This document shows positions 1-13,273 of a stretch of 64,000 nucleotides of DNA, piece after piece. The notes under the pieces were generated by a model that saw only the letters and a program-made list of their open reading frames with translations, was not told the origin of the DNA and made no database searches. The translations under genes and the position numbers were made by a program. The stretch's first letter is position 1. Every line of letters begins with the position of its first letter. Origin of the DNA: Balanoglossus misakiensis (Eukaryota; Animalia; Hemichordata); assembly GCA_040954595.2 (NCBI GenBank), contig CM082588.2, forward strand, positions 2,177,027 through 2,241,026. The letters are read 5' to 3'.

Positions 1-3000
1 CAGACACGATCATGCTTTGTGGCAGCTGAAGAAATTTGTTCACCAGGCCTCTTACATTGTCGGGAGAGCCGAACTCAGACAACAAAGTTAGCAGCTGCAC
101 ACTTTGACCAAGAATGACTTTCTTTCTGCCAAGTTTCGATGGTGTGACCTTCTGTTTCTTTGCGAGTTTTGAAAGCTTGTAGTTCGCAAATTCAAAAGTC
201 CTCTCCACGTAGGGTTGGATCAGTGTTCTGCTGAGACCCTGGCTGCTTAAGGCTTGCTCCAGAATCTGCCTGACAAACTCTGTGACAGTCTCAGAAAGCC
301 ATCTTGTTTCTACGGAACTGGTTTGAACTGGTTCGCTGGCTGGAAGAAACCATTCAACACACAAAGGATGCATGAGAATGATTTCAACCACGTCTTGAGG
401 AATCACAGCGTCTTCACTCTCTTCAGCATCACTGCTCTGTTGCTGAGCGCAATCGCTGTCCTTCCCTTCATGTTCAGTGTTCTTCTCAGCTTGTCGATAA
501 AGCTGATCTAAAACTGTGAAATAGGCTTGGAATACCTGCCTTGCATTAGCAACCTGCGTAAGAAAATGACAAGAATTCAAGTCATTTTTCCGACTATTGC
601 ATGATGACTGATTGTACAGCAGTAATAATATGTCAATGTGAATATTACCTCATTCATTATCGGTCCAATCACAGCCCTGGCATACAAGATGACCTGCTTG
701 ACAGCAAGTGGCACTTCATCTATTTCCATGCCAACAATACTTCCAGCCAGTGCGTCCTTGTTCATCTCCAAGATGCCCAGGGGGTCAAAGGTGAAGCTTT
801 CATACAACAGGTCAGCAAACTTCTGTGATTTGGGTGAATTACTTGGATGCAGGGTCTTGTGCAGAGTCTTGGATAACTTTTTCTTCTTTGGAGTGTCCTG
901 GCAGAAAGATGCATATGAATACATGTAAAATTCACTTCAGTAGACATAGGTTGTTGGCTAGAATTGATCGCATTTGGATGAATAGCTCCTGACTACAAAA
1001 GACTAGTGTACGACAACATTGTTACCTTGACTTTCTGTTCATTTGGAAGAAACATGTTACAATACTTCATCAACTCCTTCTGAAGCACGGAGAGCTCAGG
1101 TGATGCAATGTTCCTGCCTTGATCAGACTGAGTAAAGATTTGGCCAACCAAGAAACACAGAGGTGTTGGGTTGATCTGGCAGTGAAGTACCTCGCGGAGA
1201 ACTCCAAAGAGAAACTTCTCGGCAGTTTCTGTGATGGGAAGAGATGAGAATGTTTTATACCAAAAGTCAAAGAAGATATCTGTGGGGTTTCCTGTGATTG
1301 CATCCATTGTATTCAACAAGCACAGATTTTGAGCAGATGTGAGTGTTTTTACTGACCTGTCTTGAACAAGGGATTATCCGAGACCCAGTCTTGCAAGGCT
1401 CCTACCACCAGGGTACTGAACGGGAAAGACTCAGTTGACCAGGCTGTGGATTGATGAGTAGATTCTGACTTTGCTTCACCACTCTTCTGCTGTGTCTCCA
1501 TGGTGATCTCCATGCTCAAGATGGCTGACGGGCGAACAAGAATTCATTGACACATTATTTACTTCTTGTGCAGCTATAATTAGTGTAGCAAAGCTAAATT
1601 TCAACCTCTGCCCCGGCAGGTACCCATTTACTCCTAGATGTCAGAGAACCACCTTACCTTCTAATCCACGAGGACCACCACTTTGACTGTCAACTTCAAC
1701 CATCCCATCACTCTGCTGTGAGGTAGCTTCATGGACAACATCAATGACACGATCAGCCAGTGGATACGGATTACGGACAACTCTGGTCAGCAACTTTTCA
1801 AACAGTTCGATAACCCCACGAGTGTCCCCCTGACTTGTCTTCTCAAGGTTAGACAGCCATAGGGCAATTTCTTCCTGAGAATGCTCAAATAAGCCAGTTT
1901 CTACAAGAATCTGTAAAAAAGTTTGAACAGTCTGTAGATTAGCAAGGTTGAGAAGATGGTATACAGACAATGCATCTCATTGTACATCCAGTCAAAAACA
2001 TGTACGTCTGTCTGTACATAGTGCTAAACAACAAACATATCTAATACATCATGCAAATCCTTACCTTCTGTATCAGTTGTCTGGTCGTGTTTTGCAGTTT
2101 GTGGTTATCTTGTGTCGTCACGAGAAGCTGAAGGAGGTTGTACATCCCTGAACCTTGGCCTTTGACCTGCACCAAGGAGAGAGATCACAAAATGCAACTA
2201 ATCAGTCTTGACGTCAAACAGTTATAGAATATCACAATATGAAGGTGGAAAATTACACTTTCTCACCTCTTTGAACCACCTGAATTTTCCAGCAGATGAG
2301 TGTAAAAGCAATCGCAGCAAGAAGTACTGCAAAGATGAATGGTCACTGTCCTCTGATTGGTCGGTGTCTTGCCCACTACCCACAATGCCATGCAGTAGTC
2401 TGCTGAAATCATAGCCACACTGACTGAAGGCTTCGGGCAGTGTTTCCTGGTAACAGCTCAGTGTTTGTAAGAACTGCACTTTGAACGATGTGATGCTTGG
2501 AGCTGGGTGTTTGCCTATCAATTACAGGAGAAGAAAATAGACTTTATTGTTGTGTTCTTGAAAGTATAGTCAACTGTGCTACTTCAATAATACATGACTG
2601 AATATTGATGAATTGTTTCTTATTAACCTCCACTGCTGTCTTCTTGTCCAGAGCTGGATTCTGACCGTGTCGCTTGGACGTGATCATCTGTTTCCATGGC
2701 AACCTCCTCCCCATCTTCAGTTTCCATGTCCTCTGTACCTACTGAACTCTTTGCATCTCTGTCACTGCTCTTCTTTGGCCTGCTTAATTTGTGCCAAATG
2801 GAGAGGATGAAACTGACCTCTGGTAATATCTGAAGGGAAAACACAGATATTGCTCTTATAGAAGACACACAGATACCTCAATACCAAAGTAACCCTTTTC
2901 CACTTCAAAAGAATAAGTAAAGTAGACATGCATGTACCTTACACACAGCTTCTTTGTAAAGCACAACAAACTGCAAGATTTCCTCTGCTGAATAAACTCC

Positions 3001-6000
3001 ACTCATTTTCACAGTCTCGGTATTTTCAGTAGCTTTCACTGCACAGCTGACTTTCTTCAGTATCATCGTTATGAACTGAAGAGTTTTGAATTGGACCAGT
3101 CTGCTCTCACTCTTTTGGGACGAAGAGAAAAAAAGTCTGGAGAGTTATTTCAGGTGGTTGTGTTTGTAAATATCTCAACAATGTCTGATGAATATGGCAA
3201 ATTACATGTATGCCTGAGAAGTCGGATATTGACATCAACTACTTATACCTTGATGCCCTGAGACAGGGAAACCCTTGTTGCTACAACAGGAACAGTTGTC
3301 ACCATTGTCATGGAAACCAGCTTGGATATTGTCGTCTTGTCTGTTACTTGGAGCGATGGTGGAATGTCTGGTTGAATCTTGTAAATCTAAAATGAAAAGT
3401 GCAACGGTACATTTCATGTCAGGAAATCAGAGACAGCAACTCTTGGTCAAAAACCACATTTGGACTCAGATTTCCACCAATCAGAAATACTGTACCAAAA
3501 TTTATACCTTCATCAGCAACTCTATATTGGCTAGCCACTTGTCAGAGAGTCTTGGCGCGTACATGTAATCACAGCCAGTCAGATATTTGTTCAGCAGGTC
3601 AGGACAGGCAAATAAAATCTTGATGACCAGTTCCTCAACGAGGGAATCTTCTGTTGTTGACTTCAGGGACAGCAAGAATCGCAGCAGGATGTTGTTATGT
3701 ACTCTGGTGACAGAAAAAAACATGAATGAAGGCAGGGTACGTTGACTGACACTGTATATTTTGTAAAATAATTTGGTGTGATTAATCTAACGAAAGCAAT
3801 CGCTGAAATACTTACTTGCTGGATGTGCCGATACTTCTGTCATAGAAATTAATACCATATTTGAAAGAACAGGTAAGGGTGAGAAGAAAATCATGGACTA
3901 ATTGACGTACAAAATTCAGCCCTGCCATTTCATGCTGCTCTCGGTCCATTTCCTGAAAGATGCAGATGAAACCATGATTTATGATGTCATTGAATGATTC
4001 CACTACTCTTTCTAATTGCAGGACTCTAAATGCAAACACATACGTACATGTACCTTAAAGTGTAAAGTGCTGGGGAATGAACCTAAGGCCTACCTCTTCT
4101 TGTTCTGTGGGTAATTCAACGTCACAGTGACCCTTCCATTTGTACAGACCAGCTAGACTATGGAGGATGTTTTCACTGAAGAGTCTCATCTTTGCTGTCT
4201 TGCTGATTGCCGAGTTACAGACAACCTGAGGGAAGAAGTCAGAATAACATGAGTGAGTGTACTGTCATGTTAATGTATAGTTGTCAAGATATCAAACATT
4301 ACATTAAGAAAAGCATTCTTCATTCAGAACTTCATCATATTTGGCTCAGTAGTACCCCTCTCCCCACACACACATTTAGCCAGAGATGTACCCAAAAGTT
4401 TACCTTTTCTTTCAGTGTTGTTAGAAGTAAGTGGATACTGGAGGCTCGATCCTTTGTGATTTCTCTCAGAATTCCATTGAAAAACCCTGGATAAAATGAT
4501 ACAGTAAAGTGGTCATGTGGAGAGCCAATAGAAGGAACAGATATCACAGTTATCCAAATTAAGTCTGTCAGTTTGCCAATCAATTAAGTGTCTTCAGTTA
4601 TGCATCTGCATACAACTACTGACCTTTAACTTCTATGATTTTCTGGATGATCTGGTCATCACCGGATATCAAGAAGGACATAGCAAAGCGAATAAAGCAT
4701 ATCCTAACATCTTCTTTGGCCTGAAAGGAAAATATTTCGAAATTTAAGGCAATGGCAATGCAAGACATTGTCAGTTTATAATTAAACCTGCCCTGTAGCA
4801 AACTACGTAGAACTTATGAACACACATAGATAAGTTTTAAAATATGTTTGTTTTAAGCAGTGCATTATGGGTAGCCTACTCACCTTCCGATCTCTCTTGT
4901 TCATGATTGGTGCAAGGCTCTCCAGCTGGAAGTTGAAGGTCCCTTGGACTTCTCTCGTGGCCGACAGGTCCTGCGTTACCATGGCAGTAAGGAGGCAGAG
5001 GCATGACTTGATGTATTTGTTGGTGCATCCCACCTGAAGGGCACTGTACAGCTGCCATTGGTGGTTCTGCAGTATTCTCTGTACGATGTGGAGCGCTGAC
5101 GTCTTGTGGTGTCTCACATCATCGGCCACCCTCACTAATATGCATTCCAAGGATTCATATATGATGCGCATCTGCAATCACAAACCCCCAGATGAAGTAT
5201 ATTATTTTTCAGTTTGCAAACAAGAAGATATTCCATATCAAAAGTCAATTTTCAATTAATTAGCATAAGGCTAAAATAAAACACTAGGTATGCAAGAAGC
5301 TACAAGTACATCATTACTGGTGTGACATTACCTCTGAACTTGGAAGCTTGGGTCCCTCAATGAGACTGAATATCTCATTGCATTCTCCCGAAATCTTCAG
5401 AAAGGAATCCACAGCATCACTACCATTATCTTCCTCTCTTATAAATTTTATAAATTTCTCCAATGCTATATTGAAAACAAAACAAACAGACACCATCATG
5501 ATCTTGTTCTGATGAATACGTAACAGTTAAGTGGCAGGATTCCTGTTAAGGCACTGAAAAGTGAATTATCTACTGGTATACCTTGATCATGTTGATGTTG
5601 ATATTGATATGAGAAGTGTCGATAGTCGCGATCGCTTGATAAATCTGACTGTGCTACAGACATCACTACAATTGACAAACCTGGTATCATTCAGGGGTGT
5701 GTCCGTTTGTTGTGGATCCGTAGGGAGCCCCCACCCCCACCCCACCCATCCCTAAACACAAACATCTGAGAGGGCGTGACACAGCTATACGGATCCACAG
5801 CAAGAGGGAATATTCAGGTTGGTAGTGATCATAGTAGCGATCGCTTAGTGCAAGTGTGCTACAGACTTAGCAACAATTATTTATTAGCAAACCTGGTAGA
5901 GCTGAACTCTTCTCCTTCAGATCTCTTTTGAAACTGATCACATCAAAATCGGTCTTCGTTTTCTTAGATACCAGACCTCCGCCTGCCCCCGATTTCTGTT

Positions 6001-6010
6001 TCCTCTTCAT
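1..6010 (-). CDS. URB1: Nucleolar pre-ribosomal-associated protein 1 (URB1/Npa1), multi-exon; 5' part only, the 3' end runs off the left edge of the window
   Basis: ATG at 6010-6008. Exon 1 (5893-6010) encodes MKRKQKSGAGGGLVSKKTKTDFDVISFKRDLKE. Later exons read VDSFLKISGECNEIFSLIEG, IIYESLECILVRVADD, SCLCLLTAMVTQDLSATREV, DVRICFIRFAMSFL, VRQLVHDFLLTLTCSFKYGINFYDRSIGT and ELVIKILFACPDLLNKY, colinear with the URB1 N-terminal Npa1 domain as recalled. GT-AG junctions are visible. Confidence 0.92.
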
Positions 6011-6271
6011 TGTTGATCTCTTCTAAAACGGCACAGCAAATATATATGCTACTACCTTACCATAACCAGATCAATTCGACAGATCCGATCAACCAGATGT
6101 ACACACGTGTTCGACCCAGTAAGTTTACATTGGTTACGTTGCTCAACCTTTGACCTTCCTTTGACCCAGGGAGATATGTTTAGTGCGCATGTGTGGAATT
6201 AACGCGGCCATTTTCAAAATACTGCGTCTTTTTGTTTCGTTGACATTTGAGAAGAAAAACGATCTCTGAGG
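6011..6271. promoter_or_regulatory. Bidirectional promoter between URB1 and NDC80
   Basis: Divergent ATGs at 6010 (-) and 6272 (+) are only 261 bp apart. The gap holds ATTGG (CCAAT box, ~6130), TGCGCATGTG (NRF1-like, ~6184), CGGCCATTTT (YY1-like, ~6205) and TTCAAA (CHR element, reverse, ~6213). Confidence 0.7.
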
Positions 6272-9200
6272 ATGCAGAAACCGTCATTTGGTTGGGGAGG
6301 ATCAAGTGGATTTGGGGGAAGTCTTCGCAGTTCTACAGGAGGGCGAAGTTCTTCGATTGGTCCCTTACGAGTTAGAAATGAAACGGGTGTGTATCTATCC
6401 ACTGTTTACAGTTCAGATACAGTACATGTAGATCGATTTAGAAGACTGGGGTGGGTGTGAGTTCGACTTCGAGTGTAGCCGCAGATCAGTTGCTCTAGGT
6501 CTTGTGGCTGTGTGTTGGACGGGAAAACCAGACTCTGGTTTTGCCATGGCAACACACACATACAAAACCACTAGCTGTTGAACAGCAGCTAGCGTGAGTG
6601 ATGATTTTTGAAACAAATGAAATGTACATCATCTTGTATAAATGTCAATGTGTAATTGTTGTTTGTTGTAATTTAGGTGTCCTCACACGTTCAGGTAGTC
6701 GTGACCATGGCCATGCCAGTGGACATTCATCAGCAAAGAGACGTTCTCGGTCATCTTCTCGGTCAAGGGTTTCTCAGTCTATTGGAAAGCCATCTTCTGC
6801 TAGAAAATCACACATCCCAAGATTTGGCCTTGGAACATCATCATCATCAAGGTAGAATTTCTGGTTATTAAACACATTTATAAATTACATTTTACCTATT
6901 TGCAGTTAATCTTATTATATCCGGCTAATGGATGCTATGAAGAAAGGTTTTTACTGCACAGACCCTGAAGTCAACAACTTGAACTCTCACTGATAACAGC
7001 TGATTCAAGTTGTTGACTTAAGGGCCTGTGATTCATTCATACATCAATGTGTGTATGTTTCTGTGTTCTCAGGCGATCAAGTGCCTATGGTGCGACAGGG
7101 ACAAGTTACAGCAGTGGTGTTGTCAAAGACACACGTCCACTGAGTAATAAAGAATATATTAAACAAAGTATACGAACACTAATAGAGGTAAGAAAAATAC
7201 CATTACTAAAGTGCATACACTTTAGGAATATACAACATATATGGTAGCCCTACTAGTATGGCGAGAGAGTCCGGCTTTGGCTGCGCCACCTCCTCTTCCC
7301 ATTCCAGTAAGGCTACGTATATAGCAGATCCTGGCATCAGGTTCTACTAATAGGCATACCTTGACCATGGAGAATTTGAACCAGTATCAAGCCATGTAAT
7401 GTCATATTTTGAAAGCTGAGTCAACACTCAGTCCACCTCTGCAAGAGAATACATGATTCTCTTTCAAGATCAACTCTTTTTTTTCTCTCTCTCAAGTTCC
7501 TGTCAGAAAACGGCTATGGACATGCCCTGTCACCCAAACAGCTGATAACTCCGACAACCAAGGAGGTTGTGGCCATCTTTGACTTTCTCTTCAGTTTCAC
7601 AAACTGCCACACAAACCTGCAAGGAAGCTCTATCAAGTACGAGGATGAGATACCAAAGAGACTAAAACAGCTTGGGTAAGAATCCTGTCTTCTGTCCTGG
7701 TCACTCTGTCTCACATTCCTAAGTATACCAGAAAGGTTCTTGGCTGAAAGACAGAAATGGCAATAACCGGAATTCTTTATTTTTTGCTAGGTATCCCATA
7801 AACATCAATAAGAGTGCTATGTTCACTATGGGAACTCCCCATACATGGCCTCATATCCTGGGAGCCATAATGTGGCTATTGGACTTTGTCAAGGTAAGTT
7901 ACTGACCAGGACACAACCATAATGCAAAGTCTAGGCAGTTTCCTCCCCAGATCAAAACAAAATAATGATTTTTATTGTTATCATATTAAACCACCTGGCA
8001 AGGACACATTCTGCTCACATACATTTTAAACTAATATTGCGTCTTGTTCTACTAAAATGTTTTTCTTTATTTTTCTATCAGACTGCATTGAGCCTTGACT
8101 TGGAAAGTCTGATGTTTCAGAATGAAGGATTTGATGATGCCGATGACTCCAAGGTAAATCACCAGTGATAATTTTGCACATTTTTAATCAGTTTCTGCAA
8201 GATTTAACAGTCTGAGCCACCAAATGAAAATGTTCATTTGCACTGTCCCTATCATTGTATCCTACAGATCCTGTTTACATATCTGGAAAGAAGTTATGAC
8301 CATTTCATGAATGGATATGATGACTATGGAGCTCATGAACAATTGCTTGCAGACAACCTGAGTGAGTACTCTGGGATAATTTGGGCCTTAAAACTAATTT
8401 GTTATACTTATTAGAGAAGACAGCAAACATTTTACAACATGGCATAGCTTCATAGTTTCTTCTCTGGTTTCTTTTCTCAGAGGTCGGCAATCGCATCGCT
8501 GCCGAGGATCTTGAACAGTTGGAGAATGATATCAAGGGACTGAGTGCAGAGCTGGAGATGCTCGAACGAGAACCTGTAAGTTTTTTTTTAGCCAGGTTGT
8601 GGCTTAAACTTGGGACATGATTTGGGTTAATGGTAACCTTTACAAATGTGGTGCTTACATTTTTGTTTCCTTTGCCTTCCTCTCTGTCTCCAGGATAAAC
8701 TGTCCAGTCTGAGTGGCGTGAAGCAGCTACTGAAATGTGATGTGGAGAATTTTGAGAAATACCTGCAGGAATTTGAAACCCACAAACGCGTTTTAGTGCA
8801 GCGACACCAAGAAAAAGATGAAGAATACCAGAGAGCCAGTACGATAAACTTGTAATCTTTATTCTTCGTAAAGTTGGGTTCTGCCCAGGTTGACTTGAGT
8901 ACTTGGCTACTCATTAATATTCACACTCATTAATATTCATGTCTGTTACAAGTCATACCCATTCATGAATGTATCCCGAACACGTGATGAGGGAAACCAA
9001 CCTGTTTCTTTTTCATTAAACATCACAGCGCTGGAGGAAAAGCAACAACTTGAAGAGATCCAACGTCTGCAGCACATCTACGACACCCAGGAATTCTCAG
9101 CAGCTGATGTGGAGAGGATCAACCGCGAGAAGAGAGACTTGACAAGACATGTGGAAATGTTGGAGAAAGAGAAAGAAGAGATTGACAAGCAGATATGGAG

Positions 9201-10652
9201 TGAAGAAATGGAAATTTCAGCAAGACATGAAGAAGTAAGATTTTGTTTAGAAATTCTCTCTTTCGCAGTCTCTGAAATAAAACGCTGCATCTGATCAGAT
9301 GGGGAGATGTTCGTACTTGTGCTGCAGTTTGTGTATAATCATATATAGTACAATGTATCTTGATTAGGGGGCAGATTCCCCACATACGCTATATATAACT
9401 TCTTGAACTATACTTCACTACTACACAGTCTGAAAATCGTGTACAAGAATACAACAACCTGGCCCGACAGTTGAAGCTGATCCCTGCCACAGCCGAGAAT
9501 GCCCACGGCATTGACTATGAAATGAGAACACAGGTGCACAACAAACACCCGGACTTTGCCAGCATTGTGGATTTTGCCGGAACAATCAAGGTAACGTGCC
9601 CAGACTGACTCATTCTTTCATTTCTCAAGACAAGGACACTTCCCGAACCTAAGTAGAGGGCACCTCTCGTGACAGTTCGCTCGATAGGAATATCACACTG
9701 TCTAGTGATCAAGAACTTCTTTGTACTATCTTTGCAGCCTGCTTTGATCCAAGTCAAGAAACAAGTGAGTGATGCTGTACATGAAACACAGAACAGGATG
9801 ATATCTGAAGAAGATGCTTGTGACCAGTTGACTGACATGGTCAGTGAACGCAAAGAAGAAGTGGAAATGTTTACAACCAAGCTAAGGAGAGTGGAAGGTG
9901 ATATTGAGTCACGTAGGGAGGTAAGATTGATGATGCATTTTTTATGTATAATTACTTGGTGATACTGATAAAGGGAAGATACATGGACCAATAAGTGATG
10001 TCAGGTGTTTCGAAAATAGTTAGTGATCCCTGCCCCACATGTGGTGGATCGTCTGTAATGTGCATGTCGATGATTTTTTGATCTTCTCAGAGATCGAACC
10101 AGGATTGCAGGAAGAAGCAGGATGATCTGCAGTCAGTGCTGCAAGAAGTACAGAACCTGAGAGTACAAGATCAGATGACAGTAGAGGATGCAGAAAGAGA
10201 CCTCCAAGAGTTCAAGAAAAAGTGAGTCTGCCCCCCCCCCCCCCCCCCTCAAAAACAATCAAACACTAAGTGATCTATACATTCAAACAAACTCATTTTA
10301 TTGTAATGTTTTTGCAGGTGTGAAAAAGATGTAGTTGAGATGGAAGCAGATTTGCAAAGTTATGGATGCTTCATGGTGGAAGCTACACGCCTGGTGTTTC
10401 AGCATCACAGTGATATAGTGGTAAGTCTTTGCATTGTGCACTTTTCAAGGAATTTACAAGACGATCGTCGCCCTAAGGAGCCACCATACTCTCCTTTCAT
10501 AAACCTTTTCCACTGACAAGATGTCTGATGAGCAACTGTTTTATCTCTTGCAGGAACACTTCACTAAACTCAAGAAAAAAGCGGAAACCATGCTGAAACA
10601 GACCCAAGCAGCGGAGATACCCAAATTTGATCCACAAGACTTTGACTCCTAA
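6272..10652 (+). CDS. NDC80: Kinetochore protein NDC80/HEC1, multi-exon
   Basis: A Ser/Arg-rich basic N-terminal tail is followed by the CH-domain signature KDTRPLSNKEYIKQSIRTLIE-FLSENGY...KYEDEIPKRLKQLG-YPININKSAMFTMGTPHTWPHILGAIMWLLD. Coiled-coil exons follow (QEFSAADVERINREKRDL, YNNLARQLKLIPATAENAHGIDYE). Stop TAA at 10650-10652; AATAAA at ~10703. Confidence 0.96.
6541..6553. promoter_or_regulatory. RFX X-box-like palindrome in NDC80 intron 1
   Basis: TTGCCATGGCAAC is near the consensus GTTGCCATGGCAAC; motif match only. Confidence 0.35.
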
Positions 10653-13273
10653 CTTGTCTGACGTGGCTGCAGTTGTAGATGAGTGTCCTCTTTATACAAT
10701 ATTAATAAATGCACTGCCAACACCACCTTGTAGGTTTACAGTTTAACACTGCCAGTAAATATCCCTCAAGACTATTTTGCCAATTTCAATTTGAGTTTTA
10801 TAAGAAATGTTTACATTGAAATATCAACACTGCCAATTTTTAATACATTTCTGCATGTGTCATTTTTTTTTCTTCCCTGGTAATGAGTCGTGAATTTGTC
10901 AGTAATATACACATCGATAAACATAATAGCTTTCTTGTTTGTTTGTTTTTGATAAGTTTTGGTAGCGTAAAACAACTTTCTTTCCTGCCAAATGTCCAGT
11001 ATCAATGTAATGTTGCTATTTTATCACTAGATACATGTATTTATCTTTTTTGTTTCTTTACTGTGAAATTTAGTGAGTTTTGTTACAGACTATAAGAAAT
11101 ATACTTGACATATACACAATTCCTGATGTTCGCATTGCGTGTGTGTTACTAGACTAGTATTTGAGACATGATTCAAAACAATGTACGAAGCCGTGCTGTT
11201 GGGGTTCATAACAGGCTGATATCCCTAGCCATTTATTTGAATTCACAACAAACACAGATGAATTTAAATGTTAAAAATACTTTTATTCCATGATTTATTT
11301 GACGGACATATGAATGCATACAAACTACAGAAGATATAACACATCTTACAGAATGACAGTCAACATGCTTTGTAAGAGGAGCAGAGACTAGTTCAGACAT
11401 CGGACAGCAATCAAGTAGTACTGGTTAATTAAACAGTGTTTCAATGATGTGATACAAGTGCACACTGCTGATGTGATAAAATATCTTTTCAAAATGTGAT
11501 GACCAGCAGATGTTCTAGGTGGGTGATTTTGATTGGCTTAATGCATATTAACAAGTGGTTTTCAACCAATCAGTTGCTGGCTTGTGGAAGAAAAGTTCAG
11601 TGGATGACATTCTTTATCAATCACATGCTGTTATATAGTAGTGCTGTTAATTGATGTAACTCTAGAGATGGAAATATCATAAGTCTGTAAGATATCACAT
11701 GGTCAAGTGATGATGGTTGAATGTGGCTAAACTTCAAGATCAACACATAGCCACTATAATTACCAGTACATTGTCATTTATTTCAGGTACAAATTATCGT
11801 GTCTTCTGCAAACTGTACTTTACAAGCAGTTAATCCTAAAAACCCCAAAGCTAACATAGAATATCGTTGTAACCTTCATACTTGCATTTAAATAATATGA
11901 GATAGTCCATTACATTTTCTTGTAGTCATGCTGGCTGATATTGAGTAAAAGTAAAACTCTATACAGAAGATCTTTAACAAGAAAGAAGAAATAGAGGTCA
12001 TAGCGAACAGTTGTCTTCATTTAATACTCTCTATTGGAAGCACTTTAATTTCTGAATTATGACAGATCTCGCTGCCAATGCAGTTGTCTTAATCTCCTTC
12101 AGTGCAAGGCAGGTTTATAGGTGTGGCAAGTACATGGACAGCATTGATGACAGAAAAATATTTGCATTCAGTTTTTAATACAGTGATATCTAATAGTGTG
12201 ACCATTTTAGATGGGTCTGCTCAAAGACTTGAAAAAATGCACAAACTCTGTGAATACAAATTGGTCTGTTTCACAACAATATGAATGTATGAACAGTTTG
12301 TTTTGGCAATGCTCAAGTAAATGCAGTGATATAAACTATTACGTATGCTACTAATAAATAAATTTGTGTGATAGTGACCGAGAAGTAAGCTGCATTCAAA
12401 ATACCAGCACTTGAAATAATCATCGATTCGGATAGTAGCTTTTTTGTTGATGTTACAGAGCTGTGGTTTGGCCCATCTAATGCAGCTTACATGACACGCT
12501 ATCTGTGGTGTAAATTCCCTGATACCAATCATCTCCAAATTACGCAAAACTTCTATATCAAACTCTTGACCTATCAGAAAACTTTGGCACTGGCTACTCA
12601 AGTGACGCCAAAATGTTGTGAAAAATGCTGGAAAAAAAACCTTTAAAATTATGTACATGCTGTTGTCCTACAGATACAAGAAATAACAAATATGTTTTGC
12701 ACATTGTTTTCTAATGCACTATTGACTTTACCATCACCATGTACAAATGTAGTCTGTGGTATAACCATTACAGGCATATCTGAAACTAGGTCTACTGTGA
12801 AAAATTACATTTTGTCATTATTTTCAAGATTTAATTTTTACTGATACAATACAAAATTGTGATCTGCCTAACATGGGCAAAGAAGATTGGCTTTATATTT
12901 ACATTTGAATTTGCCAATAACAAAAAAGGTGAATTTATACATTGTATACCCAGCAACCAAATTCCAGTAACACCACAAATTTATACAGTCTGTATATTTA
13001 CAATATGAGTTTGAGAAAGTGATTGTTTCTTTCTGTTTCAAAGGAAAGACAAGTGATCGAAACAAGCTAAATTTTGTATACTCCTTAAAAAAATAACTGA
13101 ATCACTAATATTTTTTACTTTAAAAACATTATGTAAATTCAAGATTCTCAAATAGCAGTCTATGAATATTTGACTGCACATACATTAACACCGTACCACG
13201 TACCAAAGTATAAAAAAGTCATAATAATAAGCATTATAATAACTAAAGGTGACTTTAAAAAAAAAGATACTTT

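Noticed and set aside
4239-4338. Possible C/D-box snoRNA in a URB1 intron (minus-strand ATGATGA ... CTGA)
   Set aside because: There is no terminal stem, and the CTGA coincides with the probable branch point. It is unsupported without an Infernal/snoscan hit.
10653-13273. Short ORFs between NDC80 and CCDC181 (e.g. 12221-12658)
   Set aside because: This is AT-rich sequence consistent with convergent 3' UTRs (poly(A) signals at ~10703 plus and ~11282 minus), with no protein-like features.
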